A program made the translations under genes and the position numbers. A stretch of 33,670 bases of DNA from Chitinophagales bacterium (GTDB taxonomy: Bacteria > Bacteroidota > Bacteroidia > Chitinophagales > Chitinophagaceae), in the NCBI GenBank assembly GCA_025355935.1, contig JANXYS010000073.1:1-33670 (forward strand). The letters run 5' to 3'. Below, in pieces: positions 9,920-19,671 of this stretch. Each line of letters starts with the position of its first letter. The stretch's first letter is position 1. Below the pieces are notes generated by a model that worked only from the letters and a program-made list of their open reading frames with translations, did not search any database and was not told the DNA's origin.

Positions 9920-10680
9920 TTTGCATTACCAGTGGCCCACATTTCCTCCAATTCAACTCTATCGCGGAGCGCATCCATGCATTTCCAAAATCCACCATGT
10001 TTATAAGCAGCAAGTTGTCCATCGCGAGCGATTTGTGTAAGTGGTTCCTTTTCGAGCTGGATAGTGTCCATGTCACTATCGAGATAATTAAAGACACCTG
10101 GTTCCATAACAAAAAACCCCCCGTTAATCCATAAGCCATCGCCTTCGGGTTTTTCTTCAAAATGCAGCACCGTCCCCGTGTCATCCGTATCAAGATTTCC
10201 AAAACGGCCAGGAATTTTTACGGACGTAAGGGTGACAATCTTGCCGGCCTTTTCGTGAAAATCAATCAGTTCATCAATATCTACATCGCTTACACCATCG
10301 CCGTATGTGAGCATAAATCGTTCGTTACCAATATACTTCTGCACGCGTTTGAGGCGGCCTGCAGTATTTGTGTAAAGCCCTGTATCAGCGAGGGTAACTT
10401 TAAAGGATTCAGTGTTAGAAAAATGCACGTCGATCTTGTTTCGCTCAAGTTCAATAGTAACATCGGAATTATACAGAAAATAATTTAGGAAATATTGTTT
10501 GATGAATTCTGCTTTATACCCCAGGCACAACACAAAATCGTTATACCCAAATTTCTCGTAGATCTTCATTATGTGCCAAAGGATGGGCTTCCCGCCAATT
10601 TCCACCATTGGTTTTGGCCTGGCTTCTGTTTCTTCCATGAGCCGCGTACCTAATCCGCCGGCAAATATTACAACTTTCAT
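9901..10680 (-). CDS. rfbF: Glucose-1-phosphate cytidylyltransferase
   Basis: AGGLGTRL, PKPMVEIGGKPILWHIMK, LTYGDG, INGGFF and FWKCMD. ATG at 10680 preferred over TTG at 10689. Confidence 0.95.
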   Translation of the reverse strand: MKVVIFAGGLGTRLMEETEARPKPMVEIGGKPILWHIMKIYEKFGYNDFVLCLGYKAEFIKQYFLNYFLYNSDVTIELERNKIDVHFSNTESFKVTLADTGLYTNTAGRLKRVQKYIGNERFMLTYGDGVSDVDIDELIDFHEKAGKIVTLTSVKIPGRFGNLDTDDTGTVLHFEEKPEGDGLWINGGFFVMEPGVFNYLDSDMDTIQLEKEPLTQIARDGQLAAYKHGGFWKCMDALRDRVELEEMWATGNAKWKTWN

Positions 10681-10748
10681 TCGTTTCAACTTAAGTACCG
10701 AAATATGAAAAAGGTAGCACTGTGGTTATACCATTTTTATGAATGCCG

Positions 10749-10756
10749 CAAAAGTA
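10749..10756 (-). promoter_or_regulatory. Putative Bacteroidota -7 promoter element (TACTTTTG) upstream of rfbF
   Basis: Exact TAnnTTTG match on the minus strand in the fcl-rfbF gap; no clear -33 TTTG seen. Confidence 0.55.
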
Positions 10757-10827
10757 TGGCTAAAATTTTAAAAAAACTGCCGGAATGAGAGTTTTCAGCT
10801 GGCTATAACAAGCACGCTCTAGCGTAT

Positions 10828-11754
10828 TTAATTGTTCTGAATAAAGTTTTCGTAAACGCGGGCAATGCCTTCTTGCAGGCCAATTTTATGTCTCCATCCT
10901 AAGGAATGAACCTTGCTAACATCGAGCAATTTTCGTATAGTTCCATCTGGCTTGCTTAAGTCGAAAACAATCTCGCCTGAATAGCCAGTGATTTTCTTAA
11001 TCATTAAGGCAAGTTCCATGATGGTCAGGTCTGTTCCGGTTCCAACGTTTATACAGCCTTCCTCATTGTAATATTCCATCAAAAAAACGCAGGCATCCGC
11101 CATATCGTCCACATGCATGAATTCGCGCATTGGTAGTCCGCTGCCCCAAACATTCACAGTGGCTTCACTATTTATTAGTGCGGTGTGAAACTTGCTTAAG
11201 AGTGCAGGCAGCACATGGGAGTTATTTAGATCATAGTTATCGTTAGGCCCATACAGGTTTGTAGGCATAACACTTATAAAATTACACCCGTGCTGGGCAC
11301 GGTAAGCATCACACAACTTTATTCCCGCAATTTTGGCAATTGCATAGGGTTCGTTTGTTGGCTCCAGCTCTCCTGTTAATAAATATTCTTCTTTTAGTGG
11401 TTGAGATGCATTTTTAGGGTAGATGCAACTGCTCCCGAGGAACATCATTTTTTTAACCTGGTGCTTCCAGGCCGCGTGAATAATGTTGGCCTCCATAAGT
11501 ATGTTATCATAAATAAAGTCAGCGCGGTAGGTATTATTAGCCAGTATTCCGCCTACTTTGGCGGCAGCGAGGAATACGAACATAGGCTGCTCTGCTTGAA
11601 AAAAATTATTTACGGCCTGCTGGTTCCGAAGATCTAGTTCTTTTGATGACCGTAATACGAAATTGTCGAAGCCTTTGCTTTTAAGATTTCGCAAAATAGC
11701 TGAGCCAACCATTCCATTGTGCCCGGCAATATATATTTTATCGGATGCCTGCAT
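10828..11754 (-). CDS. fcl: GDP-L-fucose synthase
   Basis: [48 protein letters not shown] and REFMHVDD. Confidence 0.96.
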   Translation of the reverse strand: MQASDKIYIAGHNGMVGSAILRNLKSKGFDNFVLRSSKELDLRNQQAVNNFFQAEQPMFVFLAAAKVGGILANNTYRADFIYDNILMEANIIHAAWKHQVKKMMFLGSSCIYPKNASQPLKEEYLLTGELEPTNEPYAIAKIAGIKLCDAYRAQHGCNFISVMPTNLYGPNDNYDLNNSHVLPALLSKFHTALINSEATVNVWGSGLPMREFMHVDDMADACVFLMEYYNEEGCINVGTGTDLTIMELALMIKKITGYSGEIVFDLSKPDGTIRKLLDVSKVHSLGWRHKIGLQEGIARVYENFIQNN

Positions 11755-11756
11755 CG

Positions 11757-12863
11757 TCAGTTAATAGTTTTATAATAACCATTCTCTTTAAGCAGTAATT
11801 GCATTTTCATTAATTGTAAGTCGGCGTCCACCATTTCTTTCACCAGCATGGGGAGGGTATACTTTGGCTCCCATCCTAGCTGTGTCTTGGCTTTAGTTGG
11901 ATCCCCTATTAAAAGGTCGACTTCGGTAGGACGATAATAATTCTTATCCACAGCCAGCACCTCTCTTCCTATCGGCAACTGGTAGTTTTCATTGCTGCAA
12001 GAGTCAACCACCGCTTTTTCATTTTCATGCTCGCCGGAAAATTTTAATGTAATTCCAACCTCGCCGAAGGCCATTTTTACAAAATCCCGAACAGTGGTTG
12101 TTACACCCGTAGCAATTACATAATCTTCAGCTACGTCTTGTTGTAGGATGCGCCACATAGCTTCCACGTAATCTTTCGCATGCCCCCAATCCCGCTGAGC
12201 ATTTAAATTTCCCAAATAGAGCTTTTCCTGCATCCCTAAAGCAATTTCAGCGACCGCGCGTGTAATTTTCCTGGTAACAAAAGTTTCTCCGCGTAAAGGG
12301 CTTTCGTGGTTAAACAGGATTCCATTACACGCATAGATATTATATGCTTCCCTGTAATTTACCGTGATCCAATAAGCATACTGCTTCGCAACAGCATACG
12401 GCGAACGTGGGTAGAAAGGGGTTTTTTCATTTTGAGGAACAGCCTGAACAAGGCCATAGAGTTCAGATGTAGAAGCCTGATAGATTCTGGATTTTCCTTC
12501 CAATTTAAGGATTCTGACGGCCTCAAGTAACCGTAAAGTTCCCAGTGCATCAGTATTGCCTACATACTCAGGGGTATCAAAACTTACATGAACGTGGCTC
12601 ATAGCGCCAAGATTGTAAATTTCGTCAGGCTGAACTTCCTGGATGATCCGAATGATATTCGTAGAGTCAGTCAGATCGCCATAATGTAATTTAAACCGCA
12701 CATTTTTTTCATGTGGATCCTGGTATATATGATCGATTCTTTGTGTATTAATTTGGGATGCTCTTCTTTTAATGCCATGTACGTGGTAGCCCTTGCTTAA
12801 AAGCAAGTCCGCTAAATATGCACCATCCTGTCCGGTGACTCCTGTAATTAAGGCAACTTTCAT
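11757..12863 (-). CDS. gmd: GDP-mannose 4,6-dehydratase
   Basis: [51 protein letters not shown] and RDWGHAKDY. Start set at MKVALITG (12863); the ORF-track extension to 12935 overlaps the upstream gene. Confidence 0.96.
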   Translation of the reverse strand: MKVALITGVTGQDGAYLADLLLSKGYHVHGIKRRASQINTQRIDHIYQDPHEKNVRFKLHYGDLTDSTNIIRIIQEVQPDEIYNLGAMSHVHVSFDTPEYVGNTDALGTLRLLEAVRILKLEGKSRIYQASTSELYGLVQAVPQNEKTPFYPRSPYAVAKQYAYWITVNYREAYNIYACNGILFNHESPLRGETFVTRKITRAVAEIALGMQEKLYLGNLNAQRDWGHAKDYVEAMWRILQQDVAEDYVIATGVTTTVRDFVKMAFGEVGITLKFSGEHENEKAVVDSCSNENYQLPIGREVLAVDKNYYRPTEVDLLIGDPTKAKTQLGWEPKYTLPMLVKEMVDADLQLMKMQLLLKENGYYKTIN

Positions 12864-12882
12864 ACTTCTTGTTTCATTTATT

Positions 12883-13482
12883 TCACCGCTCACCCAGCTC
12901 CAACCCGACGTTGATCCTAGTAACTTTTCCTTCATTCAGCTTGTAAGTTCCACTCCCACCCCCACATTGGCTAATCCCCTCCTTGTCAAATGTAAGAGTT
13001 ATGCCGTTCTCACTTACCCAACCGACTGTCCGGGCAGGATTGCCGACTACGATCGAATACGAATCTACATCTCTTGTTACCACAGCGCCGGCACCAATCA
13101 TAGCATAGTCACCAATGGTAATACCGCAGATAATGGTGGCATTTGCTCCTACCGACGCCCCCTTCCGAACTATAGTAGATTTAAACTCTTCCTTTCTTTC
13201 AATAAAACTTCGCGGGTTCGTTACATTGGTAAAAACAACTGACGGCCCAATAAACACATTTGCTTCTAACTGCACCCCATTATAAACTGAAACGTTATTC
13301 TGTATTTTCACTGCATCCCCTATTATAGTATTGTTGTCAATGAAAACATTCTGGCCAATATTGCAGTACTTGCCGATTACTGCGCTGCGCATAATATGAC
13401 AGAAGTGCCATATTCTGGTACCTTCGCCAATAATAGCTCCATCGTCTACTATGGTTGTATGATGTATAAGTTCGTGATGCAT
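12883..13482 (-). CDS. Hexapeptide-repeat sugar N-acetyltransferase (WbpD/WlbB-like)
   Basis: [42 protein letters not shown] and VGNPAR. Confidence 0.85.
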   Translation of the reverse strand: MHHELIHHTTIVDDGAIIGEGTRIWHFCHIMRSAVIGKYCNIGQNVFIDNNTIIGDAVKIQNNVSVYNGVQLEANVFIGPSVVFTNVTNPRSFIERKEEFKSTIVRKGASVGANATIICGITIGDYAMIGAGAVVTRDVDSYSIVVGNPARTVGWVSENGITLTFDKEGISQCGGGSGTYKLNEGKVTRINVGLELGER

Positions 13483-13488
13483 CCATTA

Positions 13489-13496
13489 CAAAAATA
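13489..13496 (-). promoter_or_regulatory. Putative -7 promoter element (TATTTTTG) for the polysaccharide operon
   Basis: TAnnTTTG match 6 nt upstream of the ATG at 13482, in a divergent intergenic region. Confidence 0.55.
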
Positions 13497-13611
13497 TGAG
13501 TTATTCGGAAGAAGACAATAGGCAGAAAGATGTAGGAGCTTCGTAAAGGCATGGAAGGCATTGCAATAGCAATATCATCAGCCTTAATCTGTAACTAAAA
13601 AGCGCATGTAC

Positions 13612-13619
13612 TATCTTTG
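13612..13619 (+). promoter_or_regulatory. Putative -7 promoter element (TATCTTTG) for the ABC-F gene
   Basis: TAnnTTTG match 5 nt upstream of the ATG at 13625. Confidence 0.6.
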
Positions 13620-13624
13620 TAGCT

Positions 13625-15535
13625 ATGCATTACGCCTCAGTAGAGAACCTGACCAAGTCGTTTGGGATTAGAACTCTTTTTAAAAATATCTCCATCAACA
13701 TAGAAGAAGGTGATAAAATTGCCCTCGTAGCCCGGAATGGTAGTGGGAAAAGCACATTGATGAAGATTATTGCCAGTTTGGATACGGCTGACAGTGGAAC
13801 AGTTTGGGTTCACAAAGAAATAAAAACTGTCATGCTCCAGCAGGATAACGATTTTGATGGCAATAAAACCATCTGGGATAATGTTCTCCGCCTCGATAAT
13901 CCAGTTGTAAAAGTAGTAAAGGAATATGAATTGTTTTTAGAAGAAGGTTCCGATGATCATGATAAGCTGGGAGACCTGATGGCTAAAATTGATGACCTGA
14001 ATGCATGGAGCTTTGAGAGCGATCTTAAACAGATCCTTGGTAAATTAAACCTTCATCACCTTAATGAAAAAGTTGGAAATCTTAGTGGCGGCCAAAAGAA
14101 GCGGGTGGCATTGGCGCAGGCTCTAATTGAAGCCCAGCTCCACGAAGGCAGGTGTCTGCTTATCCTAGATGAACCTACCAATCATCTGGACGTTAGCATG
14201 ATTGAGTGGCTGGAGGAATACCTCGACGCCGCGAAGATCACCCTGCTACTGGTTACTCATGACCGCTATTTCCTGGATGTTGTTTGTAACGAGATTGTAG
14301 AGATTGACGATGAAAAGGTTTTTGTTTACAAAGGAGATTACGATTATTTCCTCGAACAAAAAAGTCTTCGGGTAGAAGTACAGCAGAGCGAATTACAAAA
14401 AGATAAAAATATATTCCGAAAAGAACTGGAATGGATGCGGAAGCAGCCAAAAGCACGTACGACAAAAAGTAAGAGCCGACAGGACGCCTTTGCCGAGGTA
14501 GAAGACCGCGTAAAATTGCAGAAGGATGTTGCGGAAGTAAGCCTGCAGGTAAAAATGACCAGGCTGGGTGGAAAAATTCTAGAATTAAAAAAGGTAAATA
14601 AGTCATTTGGTGACCTGACGATTATGAAGGGTTTCGATTATACTTTCAAGAGAGGTGAACGTATTGGAGTAGTAGGAAAAAACGGTGTCGGAAAATCTAC
14701 CTTTCTAAAAATTGCCTTACAACTTGAATTGCCCGATAGTGGCAAGATCAATCATGGAGATACCGTAGTATTCGGCAATTTCAGCCAGGATGGGTTAATC
14801 TATAAAGAAGACAAGCGGGCGATAGAATACGTAAAAGATATGGCCGAGTATTTTCCGCTGGCCGATGGTACCAAAATTTCTGCAAGTATGTTCATGGAAA
14901 AGTTTGGCTTTACCTCGGAACAGCAGTACACAATGCTTAGTAAATTAAGCGGCGGCGAAAAACGTCGTTTGCATTTGATGAGTGTATTATTTCTTAACCC
15001 GAATTTCCTAGTACTCGATGAGCCAACTAACGACCTGGATCTTCAGACACTAAGAACATTGGAAGAATTTTTACTTGATTACCCAGGTTGTATCCTTATC
15101 GTAAGCCATGACCGTTATTTTATGGACCGGATGGTAGACCACCTTTTTGCGTTTGAAGGGAATGGGGTAATTAGAGACTATCCGGGAAACTATACGCAAT
15201 ATCGCGCGGCTGTGAGCAGTGGATTACTTACGGATAAAGATCAACAGATCATGAAATCAGTAGAAGAGAAACCCGTTGCCGAAAGCAACGCTTCCGTCGC
15301 GACTTCCAAGAAACCGGAGCCCGCAAAAAAAATATCGTTTAAAGAAAAATTTGAACTCGAAAGCCTCGATAAAGAAATGCCCCGTTTGCAGGATGAAAAG
15401 AAAAAACTGGAAGAAAAAATGAGTGGAAATCTGCCTTATGATGAATTGCAGAAAGCATCCGATCGCATCAGCGAACTCATTGCTACGTTGGACGAAAAAG
15501 AAATGCGCTGGTTAGAATTGAGCGAACGGCTATAA
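13625..15535 (+). CDS. ABC-F family ATPase (Uup/YfmR-like ribosome-associated factor)
   Basis: Two ABC domains (NGSGKST/LSGGQ/DEPTNHLD and NGVGKST/LSGGE/DEPTNDLD), a charged inter-ABC linker, a C-terminal coiled coil, and no transmembrane segments. Confidence 0.93.
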   Translation: MHYASVENLTKSFGIRTLFKNISINIEEGDKIALVARNGSGKSTLMKIIASLDTADSGTVWVHKEIKTVMLQQDNDFDGNKTIWDNVLRLDNPVVKVVKEYELFLEEGSDDHDKLGDLMAKIDDLNAWSFESDLKQILGKLNLHHLNEKVGNLSGGQKKRVALAQALIEAQLHEGRCLLILDEPTNHLDVSMIEWLEEYLDAAKITLLLVTHDRYFLDVVCNEIVEIDDEKVFVYKGDYDYFLEQKSLRVEVQQSELQKDKNIFRKELEWMRKQPKARTTKSKSRQDAFAEVEDRVKLQKDVAEVSLQVKMTRLGGKILELKKVNKSFGDLTIMKGFDYTFKRGERIGVVGKNGVGKSTFLKIALQLELPDSGKINHGDTVVFGNFSQDGLIYKEDKRAIEYVKDMAEYFPLADGTKISASMFMEKFGFTSEQQYTMLSKLSGGEKRRLHLMSVLFLNPNFLVLDEPTNDLDLQTLRTLEEFLLDYPGCILIVSHDRYFMDRMVDHLFAFEGNGVIRDYPGNYTQYRAAVSSGLLTDKDQQIMKSVEEKPVAESNASVATSKKPEPAKKISFKEKFELESLDKEMPRLQDEKKKLEEKMSGNLPYDELQKASDRISELIATLDEKEMRWLELSERL

Positions 15536-15556
15536 TTGTTTAGAAAATAGTTTAGC

Positions 15557-15584
15557 ATACCAGGCCAATCAGCCTGGTATTTTT
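15557..15584 (+). terminator. Intrinsic terminator after the ABC-F gene
   Basis: Perfect 9-bp stem ATACCAGGC/GCCTGGTAT with a 6-nt loop, followed by a T run. Confidence 0.75.
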
Positions 15585-15739
15585 GTTTGCAAAACATGTG
15601 ATCTACTAGGCCCAGGGGGGAGCAGAGCTCCATTATAGAGCATTTTACCTTACAAAGAGTTTTAATAGTTCTGATTTCGAGCAAACACATGCCGTTGTCG
15701 AAAAAACTTATAAATTGTGAAACCTCATAAATTGCCAGC

Positions 15740-16894
15740 ATGAACCAACGCTTCTATTCGCTCGATGTCTTCAGGGGGGCTACCGTAGCACTAATGATTT
15801 TAGTTAACAACCCGGGTAGCTGGGCTCACATTTACGCGCCTCTCGACCATTCTAGCTGGCACGGTTGTACGCCGACCGATTTAGTATTTCCCTTCTTTTT
15901 ATTTGCAGTTGGAAATGCCATGGCGTTTGTTTTGCCCAAACTGGAAGCAGCGGGTAAAAGTGTATTTTGGAGAAAAATAATAAAACGTAGCTTCCTTATT
16001 TTCTTTATCGGGCTTTTTCTTAACTGGTTTCCTTTTGTCCGATATGATAATACAATGCAAAAAATTGTTGGCCGACCTTATGAGACCCTCCGGATTTTTG
16101 GTGTTCTGCAGCGCATTGCTTGTGCCTATTTTTTCGCAGCAATTATTATTCATCTCTGTAAACTGCGCGGCTCTTTCGTTGCGGCTGGCACAATCCTCTT
16201 AGGATATTGGTTTTTATGTATCGTCGCTAACCCGTCAGACCCGTTTAGTATCAGTGGCTGGTTTGGAACAGCTGTAGATAAATCGCTCCTGGGCGAAAAT
16301 CACATGTACCATGGTGAAGGGATTGCATTTGATCCTGAAGGAACGATGAGTGTGTTTGGCTCTATTGTCCAGGTGATTTTCGGTTACCTCGTTGGCCAAT
16401 ATATACTTGCAAAGGGTAAAACACATGAAATGTTAAATGGCCTTTTCGTTACCGGCTGCGTATTAATATTCGCAGGTTTCTTTTGGGATATGAGTTTCCC
16501 GATTAACAAAAAAATATGGACAAGCAGTTACACTATTTATACAACAGGGCTTGCGCTGATGATCCTGAGCGTGTTGATTTACGTGATAGAATTTAGAAAT
16601 TACCGTGGTGGCTGGAGCCGCTTTTTTGATGTTTTCGGTAAAAATGCACTTTTCATATACATCATGAGTAGTGTGGTACCACGACTGCTCTCACTGATAC
16701 GTATACCAGGGGCAATAAATCCAACTGGCAGGCGTAACCAATTAGGGCCATTTGAATGGTTTTATGAATACCTCTGCAAACCAATTTTCAGCGATGAGCG
16801 AATGGCTTCCTTACTCTATGCTCTTTGTTTTATCACAATGATGTGGTTCTTCGCATGGTTACTTCACCGGAAAAAGATTTACATCCGCGTATAG
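15740..16894 (+). CDS. NagX-like / heparan-alpha-glucosaminide N-acetyltransferase-like membrane protein (DUF5009 type)
   Basis: RFYSLDVFRG, MILVNNPG, WHGCTPTDLVFPFFLF, GVLQRIA, DPEG and PINKKIWTSSY. Confidence 0.85.
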   Translation: MNQRFYSLDVFRGATVALMILVNNPGSWAHIYAPLDHSSWHGCTPTDLVFPFFLFAVGNAMAFVLPKLEAAGKSVFWRKIIKRSFLIFFIGLFLNWFPFVRYDNTMQKIVGRPYETLRIFGVLQRIACAYFFAAIIIHLCKLRGSFVAAGTILLGYWFLCIVANPSDPFSISGWFGTAVDKSLLGENHMYHGEGIAFDPEGTMSVFGSIVQVIFGYLVGQYILAKGKTHEMLNGLFVTGCVLIFAGFFWDMSFPINKKIWTSSYTIYTTGLALMILSVLIYVIEFRNYRGGWSRFFDVFGKNALFIYIMSSVVPRLLSLIRIPGAINPTGRRNQLGPFEWFYEYLCKPIFSDERMASLLYALCFITMMWFFAWLLHRKKIYIRV

Positions 16895-16897
16895 GCG

Positions 16898-17791
16898 TTA
16901 CCGGTTATTCGGGTGGCGATCGATTGCAACGCGGTACTGCTGGGCAACATACAACCCCGCGATAACCAGGATTACCCCCGCGAGCGTAAACCAGCTCAAA
17001 GGTTCTTTTAAAAGTACAGCGGCCATCACGAAGCCAAAAACCGGACAAAGAAAAAGCCAGTAAGCCGCCTTGGCTGTGTTATATTTTAGTAAAAGTAGCC
17101 AGCATTGCACTGCCCCGATTGACACCGGTATGGCAAGCCAAAGTGTGCCGATCCAGAAATGGAAATCAAGGTAATTAGAGCTTTCATGGAAAGTGAAGAC
17201 TAAAAACGGCACTAGAAAAATTCCGCCAAACAAAGTCTGCCAGGCATTGATCGTGAGTATGTGCAGCCCTTGCCAGTCCCTGCGGGCATAAAAAATTGCG
17301 GCACCCGAGTAAGCCAGCATGCTAATCACTATCAACAACAAGCCGTCAACACTGGCATAGCTTGTTTGGAGTAAGGGCCAGGCCGCCACGAGCACGCCTG
17401 ATAAACAACAACCCAAACTAACAAAGCCCATTGCCGTGATCTTTTGCCGAAAGAAAAGTGCCGCCATAAAACTTATGATAACCGGGTTGACCCCCACGGC
17501 AAGGGTGCCAAGGCCGGCAGATAATTTCTGGAGTGCAATTATATAAAGACCAAGATAAATGCTAACGTTTAATAACCCGTAGAACATTATTGCCTTCCAT
17601 TCGTCTTTTTTGGGTAACCTGTTCTTCATGAACCCATGGGAGATGATGAGCATGATCATCGCCGCGATGAAGAACCTCGTGACTGCAATGACGAAGGGCT
17701 GCGCCTCCGTCAAGGCAATCTTAGTAGCCGTTGAAGCTGAAGCCCACAATACCGCAAATGTGATTCCAGTGACTAATACTTTTCTTTGCAT
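16898..17791 (-). CDS. DMT/EamA family transporter
   Basis: About 10 hydrophobic segments in two EamA-like repeats. Its start overlaps the nagA stop (TAATG). Confidence 0.88.
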   Translation of the reverse strand: MQRKVLVTGITFAVLWASASTATKIALTEAQPFVIAVTRFFIAAMIMLIISHGFMKNRLPKKDEWKAIMFYGLLNVSIYLGLYIIALQKLSAGLGTLAVGVNPVIISFMAALFFRQKITAMGFVSLGCCLSGVLVAAWPLLQTSYASVDGLLLIVISMLAYSGAAIFYARRDWQGLHILTINAWQTLFGGIFLVPFLVFTFHESSNYLDFHFWIGTLWLAIPVSIGAVQCWLLLLKYNTAKAAYWLFLCPVFGFVMAAVLLKEPLSWFTLAGVILVIAGLYVAQQYRVAIDRHPNNR

Positions 17792-18909
17792 TAAACAATG
17801 ATCGTTTTACAACTGCTGAGTGAATCATTGAAAACACAAAAATGCGCGAGGTAGCCCGGCGCGATAAATCCAAGCTTATCTTCCATCTTTATTGCCCGTG
17901 CGGCGTAGATAGTGGCCATCCTAATAGCCTCTATCAACGGAATTTTCAAAAACTTCATGGCATTCTGGACAGCCTCCTGCATTGAAATAGCCGAGCCAGC
18001 AAGTGTTCCCTCGCTATTCCTGTAAAACCCATCTTCTCCTAAGATGGCATCAAAATCGCCAAATTTGAAACTTTTCACTTTTCGACTTAATAATGCAGCA
18101 TCACTAATCAGGAAAAGTTTTTCCTGTTTTAACTTCCACGCAATTTCGGCAGCAGCATAACTACAATGACCGCCGTCAAGTATTATGGGCGCATACACGT
18201 TATTGTTATTAAGCGTTGCGCCCGCCAGCCCGGGTTCACGATGCTGTAATTGAGTCATTGCATTAAATAAATGCGTAACGAGGGATATGCCTTTTGAAAA
18301 GTAATACTGAGCCTGCTCATACGTCATGTTTGAATGACCTGCAGATATTATAAAGCCGCTGTCAAGTAGCAATTCAAGCTGTTCATCATCAAAACATTCC
18401 GGCGCAATTGTCATTACTTTTATTACATCCCTGCCGCAGGTAATAATCTCATCCAATTCTTTCATTGTAGGTTTTCTGACCTGGCTGGCCGGGTGCGCTC
18501 CCCGCTTTAAGGGATTAATGAATGGCCCTTCCAAATGCATTCCTACAACACCTTCATTATGCCGGTGCATATAATCTTTAACAACCCCAATAGCTGATAT
18601 TATCGTGTCATGTGCAGAAGTAATGAGACAAGGAAGTACATGCGTCGTTCCATAAAGCTTGCTTGTTTGGCAAATGTCATGTAATGTTGCCTCATTGGGG
18701 TGTTGGCTAAAGTAGAACTTCTCACCGCCATTAATATGGATATCAATAAATCCTGCGGAGATATTAGCTCCCTCCAGATCTATATGTTTTGCATCTGCTG
18801 GTATGTCGGTTGAAACTCCTGCAATGATATCCTGATCGACTATAATCGCATGATCAGCAAGTACTGTTTTACCAGTAAAAATTTTACAATTATGCAGGAC
18901 CGTTTTCAT
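17791..18909 (-). CDS. nagA: N-acetylglucosamine-6-phosphate deacetylase
   Basis: GFIDIHING, HLEGPF, RGAH, TIAPE, GHS, THLFNAM and LAGS. Confidence 0.95.
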   Translation of the reverse strand: MKTVLHNCKIFTGKTVLADHAIIVDQDIIAGVSTDIPADAKHIDLEGANISAGFIDIHINGGEKFYFSQHPNEATLHDICQTSKLYGTTHVLPCLITSAHDTIISAIGVVKDYMHRHNEGVVGMHLEGPFINPLKRGAHPASQVRKPTMKELDEIITCGRDVIKVMTIAPECFDDEQLELLLDSGFIISAGHSNMTYEQAQYYFSKGISLVTHLFNAMTQLQHREPGLAGATLNNNNVYAPIILDGGHCSYAAAEIAWKLKQEKLFLISDAALLSRKVKSFKFGDFDAILGEDGFYRNSEGTLAGSAISMQEAVQNAMKFLKIPLIEAIRMATIYAARAIKMEDKLGFIAPGYLAHFCVFNDSLSSCKTIIV

Positions 18910-19050
18910 TTTCGTCGTTTATGCAAAGGAATGATATTCTGATTAAGGTTCAGTTATTAGCTAAAAAATAACGAACGCCTTAAGAGCAATGAATTAATAT
19001 TGCTTACGGAAAAAGTACTCTTTTATAATTTCATTAGCAACATATTATTT

Positions 19051-19671
19051 ATGAATAAACAAACCCGCATCAATACGATTTTCACTGACCTCGGAGGGGT
19101 AGTGCTAACGAACGGCTGGGATCGTAAAGCACGTGGGGAAGCTATTAGACTTTTCGACCTTGATGCGGCGGAAACCGAGGAGCGGCACCATCTTACTTTT
19201 GATACGTATGAAGTCGGAAAATTAACGCTTGAGAATTACCTTGAACGAGTTGTTTTTTACAAGAAGCGAAAATTTACGCCTGAAGAATTCCGGAATTATA
19301 TGTTCAGTTGCTCGAAAGCATATCCCGAAATGATAAACTTGTATAAAGAGTTAAAGTTAAAATATGGGTTGAAGATTGCCGTGGTAAACAATGAAGGCCG
19401 GGAGCTGAATGATTACCGCATCCGAAAATTTAAACTTCGCGACTTTGTTGATTTCTTTATTTCTTCAAGTTTTGTACATTTTCGAAAACCGGACGCTGAC
19501 ATATTCAAGTTAGCACTTGACGTGTCCCAAACACCCCCGGTAAACAGTCTTTATATCGATGATAGGCCTTTGTTTGTGCAGGTTGCAGCCGGCGAGGGAA
19601 TTAAAGGTATAGTTCATACAGGTTATGAAAGTACAGTAGAAGCGTTAGCTAAATTTGGTTTAACCCTCTAG
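19051..19671 (+). CDS. HAD family phosphatase (YihX-like sugar-phosphate phosphatase)
   Basis: Motif I variant FTDLGGV, KPDADIF and YIDD. ATG at 19051 preferred. Confidence 0.85.
   Translation: MNKQTRINTIFTDLGGVVLTNGWDRKARGEAIRLFDLDAAETEERHHLTFDTYEVGKLTLENYLERVVFYKKRKFTPEEFRNYMFSCSKAYPEMINLYKELKLKYGLKIAVVNNEGRELNDYRIRKFKLRDFVDFFISSSFVHFRKPDADIFKLALDVSQTPPVNSLYIDDRPLFVQVAAGEGIKGIVHTGYESTVEALAKFGLTL

Noticed and set aside
177-13242. Short plus-strand ORFs opposite the polysaccharide genes (e.g. 3920-4465, 12793-13242)
   Set aside because: They are antisense shadows of well-supported minus-strand genes and have no recognisable motifs.
13483-13624. Invertible promoter for the polysaccharide locus
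   Set aside because: No flanking inverted repeats, invertase or UpxY gene are visible.
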